Notes under the pieces: generated by a model
What the model was told of the DNA's origin: nothing
Seen by the model: the letters and a program-made list of their open reading frames with translations, nothing else
Database searches by the model: none
Shown here: piece after piece, positions 24,668-28,238 of the stretch
Layout of the letters: every line of letters begins with the position of its first letter
How positions within the stretch are numbered: the stretch's first letter is position 1
Translations under genes and position numbers: made by a program
From: a virus
Taxonomy: Duplodnaviria; Caudoviricetes
Strand: one strand, 5' to 3'
IMG/VR virus record: IMGVR_UViG_3300012940_000089
Coordinates: 1 to 28,238 of that record
DNA: 28,238 nucleotides

Positions 24668-25198
24668 TCAGGCTGCGATCTTGATCAAATCGCGCCGCCG
24701 CAACAGCGGCAGCATCTGCAACTTCGCCTCCTGATATCGGCGATGCTGTTCTTCCGGCGTGCAGCGAGGATTGCGATAGACCTCATTGCCTGCCGCACGG
24801 TTGGCGGTGTGGATCCCTACCGCGGCTCGTAGGTCTACCGGCAACGCCAATAGGCATGCGTCCACTTGTTCGGCCACATAACGGTTCAGCCGTGCGTCCC
24901 GGTCGTCGTCATCCTCGTGCACCTCGGTGCTGTCGGCGTACTGGAAGCCGGGGGAGACTCGGCGGTATCCCAGTTGCTCCCTATGGGCATCCGCCCAGTA
25001 GTACCACGTAAGCAGAAGTTCCTCGATCTGTTCGCTTTCATCCCTGGTCATCACGACTGCCCCTTTTCTCCAAATTGCCCCGAAGGGGTCTACCTTCAAT
25101 TCCCGCCGCGCTCGCTTGCGGCGCCCTTCCTCAATCTGTTCGTACACCTTGGCCGGGTCTCCCATCATCCAGCGCGGCAGATCATTCATCGGCGCCAC
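24668..25198 (-). CDS. Putative late-gene antiterminator (Q-like); possible internal start at 25051
   Basis: Last early gene before the promoter/terminator pair; IEELL..W..W N-terminal motif and helical C-terminus as in Q-type regulators. Confidence 0.55.
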   Translation of the reverse strand: MAPMNDLPRWMMGDPAKVYEQIEEGRRKRARRELKVDPFGAIWRKGAVVMTRDESEQIEELLLTWYYWADAHREQLGYRRVSPGFQYADSTEVHEDDDDRDARLNRYVAEQVDACLLALPVDLRAAVGIHTANRAAGNEVYRNPRCTPEEQHRRYQEAKLQMLPLLRRRDLIKIAA

Positions 25199-25201
25199 AC
25201 C

Positions 25202-25552
25202 TTAATTGCCTGCTCGGCGACCCAGCATGAACTGTGTGTATTGGTTCCAGTTCCCAATCCCTGATGGCGTCTTCATCGGCGGCTGGCACGCCCTTGCCCT
25301 GGCTGCGGCGATCTGCATCTGCGGCAACAGACGGTAGGGCCTGCCGGTGCTCGCAAACCGGTTCGGGCGCACGGGCTCCGGATCGATGCCAAGCCAGGCG
25401 CGCAGGATGTTTTCGGGGCTGCCACCCAGGCAAGGCTCTACCAACTGCACCAGGCGGGCCAGTTCGGGGGCCGACTGGCGGTAGCGGTGTACGGTGACGC
25501 CCTTGGCGCGCAGCTTGGCTACGACGGCTTTGCGGATTTCGGTTGAGGTCAT
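25202..25552 (-). CDS. Hypothetical phage protein (116 aa, start MTSTEIRKAV)
   Basis: AAGGAG RBS; ATGA overlap with the upstream stop. Confidence 0.7.
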   Translation of the reverse strand: MTSTEIRKAVVAKLRAKGVTVHRYRQSAPELARLVQLVEPCLGGSPENILRAWLGIDPEPVRPNRFASTGRPYRLLPQMQIAAARARACQPPMKTPSGIGNWNQYTQFMLGRRAGN

Positions 25553-25941
25553 GTCAGACTCCTTGTTTCGTTGGCGCAGATCTGGACCAGCACAAACCCC
25601 TTGCGCTCTGCGTCCAGGCAATCGTTGATGGTCACCGGGCGAAATACCCTGTCGTCCACGCCGAGGGCTTTGGCAATCCCGTCCAGGTGGTGCTTGATTG
25701 CCCCATGCAAACCGTCGCTGTCGCGGTTGCGTCGATCCGGCATGGCAAACAGGATGTGGACGTGGTTGCGCTCGCCGAGATGGATGGTGTTGCACCCGAG
25801 CGCTTGCTTGGCCGCATAGAAGCCCTCGCGGCGCGCGGACTCGATGGCCGGCTGGAATTTCCGAAAGCTGCCGCGGCGGCGGTTCGGAAATAGCAGCGGA
25901 TTCGGCCAGTCCAGGCGGATGTGTAGGTGGTCCAGGGTCAT
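25549..25941 (-). CDS. RusA-like Holliday junction resolvase (130 aa, start MTLDHLHIRL)
   Basis: L.WP...PN and PDRR.RD.D.L...K..LDGI...LGVDD acidic triad pattern; ATGA overlap. Confidence 0.78.
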   Translation of the reverse strand: MTLDHLHIRLDWPNPLLFPNRRRGSFRKFQPAIESARREGFYAAKQALGCNTIHLGERNHVHILFAMPDRRNRDSDGLHGAIKHHLDGIAKALGVDDRVFRPVTINDCLDAERKGFVLVQICANETRSLT

Positions 25942-27716
25942 GCCGTCACCGCCTCGCCGCTGAATTGGATGTACTGGTACGCTCGACGCCGGCTGTCGAG
26001 CGAGAACTGCATCGCCTGCCGGTTGAAGTACAGCCACAGCTTCCGGTGCTGGGTTTCTCCGTTGCGCTGCTTGTGAAGTTCCAGGTATGCGTCTGGGGTG
26101 TCCGGGTCTTCCCCATCTTCCTTGCGGGCGGACCATACCGAGAACACGTTGTCGGCAGCGTTGGTCAGATGCCCGCTACCGGATACGTCCATCTTCCCAG
26201 GGGCCTTGGCCTCGTTCTCTGACTTGCGCGGGTGCGCCACCAAATGGACATGAACAAGGTACTTCCTGGCGAAGTTGGCCAGTTTTCCCATAGCCGCCTT
26301 TTGGGCTGACAGAGCGCCTTTGCCGTCATCCGGCACGTCCGTCATCATCAGGCTGTCAATCACAAAATGCCGGATGCCGTACCGCTTGAAGCCGTAGGTG
26401 AAAACCTCTATCAGCCGGTCGATGCTGGCCGACCCTGCCAAATTAAACAGCCAGAACTTGCCGTCCACCCAGGAGCCGGCGGCGTCCAGAAACTGAGGCG
26501 ATGGCCGGTCCAATCCAGTCAGCTGCTTTGCCATGCGCCTGCCCTGCTGCTTCGGCACCATTTCCCCCGAGAACACGCAGAACCGCTCGCCCTGTTCACC
26601 CAGCCCGATAAGCACCTGGTTCAGCATCAGCGATTTACCGTGGCCGTTGATCCCGGTCCAAACCGTCACTTCGCCGGGGCGAAACTCGAACCAGCCCTGT
26701 TCCTGGCTGCCGAACTTCAGCACCGGGTCCCGCTTGATGTGGTCGGTAGGCCAGAACGAAGCTTTGACCTCCGCCCAGAAATCGGACATTGGGCGCAGCT
26801 CTTCAGGGTCGAATGCCTTGGCCTGTTTCAGGCAGTACTCGAAATCCTCACCACTGGCACCGGCCTGCAGGTACTCGTTGGCGTCCTTGGCTTTGTCGAA
26901 CGCCACCACCCGGCAACGATCCAGGCCCAGGCGGTTTGCAACCTCCTTGGCGCCCTTCTGTCCAGCCTCGTCCTGGTCGTAGCAGAGATAGATTTCCGAG
27001 AACCGTTCCAAGCGTTCCCAATCGTTGTCGATCCACTGGTGGTTACCTGCCCCAGCATTGACCGATAGCGCAGGGATGCCGACTTGGTGCAGCGTCATGG
27101 CGTCGATTTCACCCTCGCAAATGGCGATGGTGCGGGCACGCGGATCGATCAGGTGCCACCCGAACAGGCAGGGCTCGGCGCCACCCTCCTGGCGCATGTC
27201 GCGCTTGTCCTCGGGGTTGCGATACTTGGCGTTGATCAGCTCGCCGTCGCGCAGGTAGGGGAACACGGCGTAGCATTTCTCCCCGTGGACCTGCTCGGCG
27301 ATCTTGAACGCGGCGATGGTTTCCTCGGTCAATCCGCGAGACAGCAGCCAGTCCTTCGCCTTGGACTTCGGGGCCTGGCACTTAGGCTTTGCCGGGCGTT
27401 TGTAGCTCGGGCGTTCCTTGGCGGGCATCGCATCCCGGATGCCCAGGAACTGCTTCGCATCAGCCATCGCCTGGGCGATGGACATCATGCGGCGCAGCGC
27501 CCACAGGTCCAGCAGGTCGCCGGACTCTCCCGACGAGAAGTCCTTCCATACCCCGCGCTTGGCTCCGGTCAAGCGGATCGACAGAGACTGTCCAGCCTCC
27601 CCATCCACGCTACCAACCTTGAACTCGGCAGCGGTGCGCTTGCCGTTGGGGAAAAGATGCTCTGCCACCGCCTGCGCGTTGTCAGCCAGGGCTTGCGCCA
27701 GTTCGGACGCGTTCAT
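25938..27716 (-). CDS. Bifunctional primase-helicase (TOPRIM plus SF4 helicase, T7 gp4/Twinkle-like)
   Basis: ICEGEIDAMTL and CYDQDEAG TOPRIM motifs; TGINGHGKS Walker A; FVIDSL, LVAHPRK, SGSG.L.NAADN, KQRNG. Confidence 0.92.
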   Translation of the reverse strand: MNASELAQALADNAQAVAEHLFPNGKRTAAEFKVGSVDGEAGQSLSIRLTGAKRGVWKDFSSGESGDLLDLWALRRMMSIAQAMADAKQFLGIRDAMPAKERPSYKRPAKPKCQAPKSKAKDWLLSRGLTEETIAAFKIAEQVHGEKCYAVFPYLRDGELINAKYRNPEDKRDMRQEGGAEPCLFGWHLIDPRARTIAICEGEIDAMTLHQVGIPALSVNAGAGNHQWIDNDWERLERFSEIYLCYDQDEAGQKGAKEVANRLGLDRCRVVAFDKAKDANEYLQAGASGEDFEYCLKQAKAFDPEELRPMSDFWAEVKASFWPTDHIKRDPVLKFGSQEQGWFEFRPGEVTVWTGINGHGKSLMLNQVLIGLGEQGERFCVFSGEMVPKQQGRRMAKQLTGLDRPSPQFLDAAGSWVDGKFWLFNLAGSASIDRLIEVFTYGFKRYGIRHFVIDSLMMTDVPDDGKGALSAQKAAMGKLANFARKYLVHVHLVAHPRKSENEAKAPGKMDVSGSGHLTNAADNVFSVWSARKEDGEDPDTPDAYLELHKQRNGETQHRKLWLYFNRQAMQFSLDSRRRAYQYIQFSGEAVTA

Positions 27717-28238
27717 ACGGTCTCCAGGATGCGAGCGCCGTCACGCCACAGATGCGCCGTCTTGGCTGTGCACCCGGCGTTTTCGGCGACGAATTGGTTT
27801 TCAAAGCCAGCCGCAGCCCACCAGCCCGAGGCCAGTGGTTGCGCGTCTTCGTCCTCCCAGCCCTTGGCATTCAACCAAGTCGCAGGGTACGGGATGTACT
27901 GCCCATCGGCCTTGCGCCAGTCCGCCGAGGTCTTGGCCCGCTCCAAGGACGCCAGCATGGTGTCCAGAAGCTGCTCGCTCGGGTTGATCTTGGCAAAGGC
28001 CTTTTCGGCCTGACCCTTCGATTTCTTTTTCGGGTACGCCGACCAAAAACGCGCAAACGCTTCAGCGGATGCGCATATCTTTTGTTTATTGTCTTTTGGA
28101 AAGTTGTCTTTTGTGTGTACCGATTCGGTACTATCGACCTGTACCGATTCGGTACTAGCAAAGTACGTTTTCGGTACACCCTGTACCATATCGGTACTAG
28201 TACTGTTTTGGGACACCTGTACCGATTCGGTACTATCG
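27713..28238 (-). CDS. Replication initiator (lambda O-like), 5'-truncated by the window edge
   Basis: Frame is open to the window end; iteron-encoded STESVQV repeats; C-terminal F..FW.AYPKK..K..A.KAF and YIPYPATWLN..GWEDE. Confidence 0.85.
   Translation of the reverse strand, partial: DSTESVQVSQNSTSTDMVQGVPKTYFASTESVQVDSTESVHTKDNFPKDNKQKICASAEAFARFWSAYPKKKSKGQAEKAFAKINPSEQLLDTMLASLERAKTSADWRKADGQYIPYPATWLNAKGWEDEDAQPLASGWWAAAGFENQFVAENAGCTAKTAHLWRDGARILETV
28117..28233. repeat. Origin iterons: palindromic GTACCGA-T-TCGGTAC, three exact and three variant copies, next to an AT-rich tract (~28077-28114)
   Basis: Exact copies at 28117-28131, 28141-28155, 28219-28233; variants at 28163-28177, 28183-28197, 28200-28214. 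Confidence 0.88.

Larger units (their letters stand above)
117..28238 (-). mobile_element. Prophage: lambda-like head and cos, Mu-like contractile tail, lambdoid replication and late control; continues beyond the right edge
   Basis: Contiguous, translationally coupled (ATGA/TGATG/TAATG overlaps) phage genes in canonical order. Confidence 0.97.

Noticed and set aside
28117-28233. Palindromic repeats as a CRISPR array, given the Cas2-like gene
   Set aside because: 15-bp units with 2-9 nt gaps inside an initiator gene are iterons; there are no spacer-sized unique segments.

Overview
Almost the whole window is a high-GC temperate prophage, transcribed on the minus strand and read here from right to left. 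It starts with a replication module: an O-like initiator with internal palindromic iterons, a T7 gp4/Twinkle-type primase-helicase and a RusA-like resolvase. A putative Q-like late regulator follows, with a pR'-like promoter and terminator. Next is an unusually long (~1 kb) and densely structured non-coding late leader, then a lambda-like cos site. The structural genes pair a lambda-type head module (TerS, GpA TerL, gpW, portal, S49 protease, scaffold, decoration, gpE capsid) with a Mu-type contractile tail and baseplate, including a GGGAAAG -1 frameshift chaperone and a glycine-rich tail fibre. Two plus-strand morons are embedded: an Oac-like acyltransferase-3 and a stand-alone Cas2/VapD-like small protein. 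The lysis cassette (holin plus SAR endolysin) is cut at the left edge by the right end of an IS3-family element, whose terminal TGA acts as the endolysin stop codon. The most notable unexplained feature is the structured RNA-like region at about 23570-24560. All product calls come from motif recognition and synteny, not database searches, and RNA structures were paired by eye.
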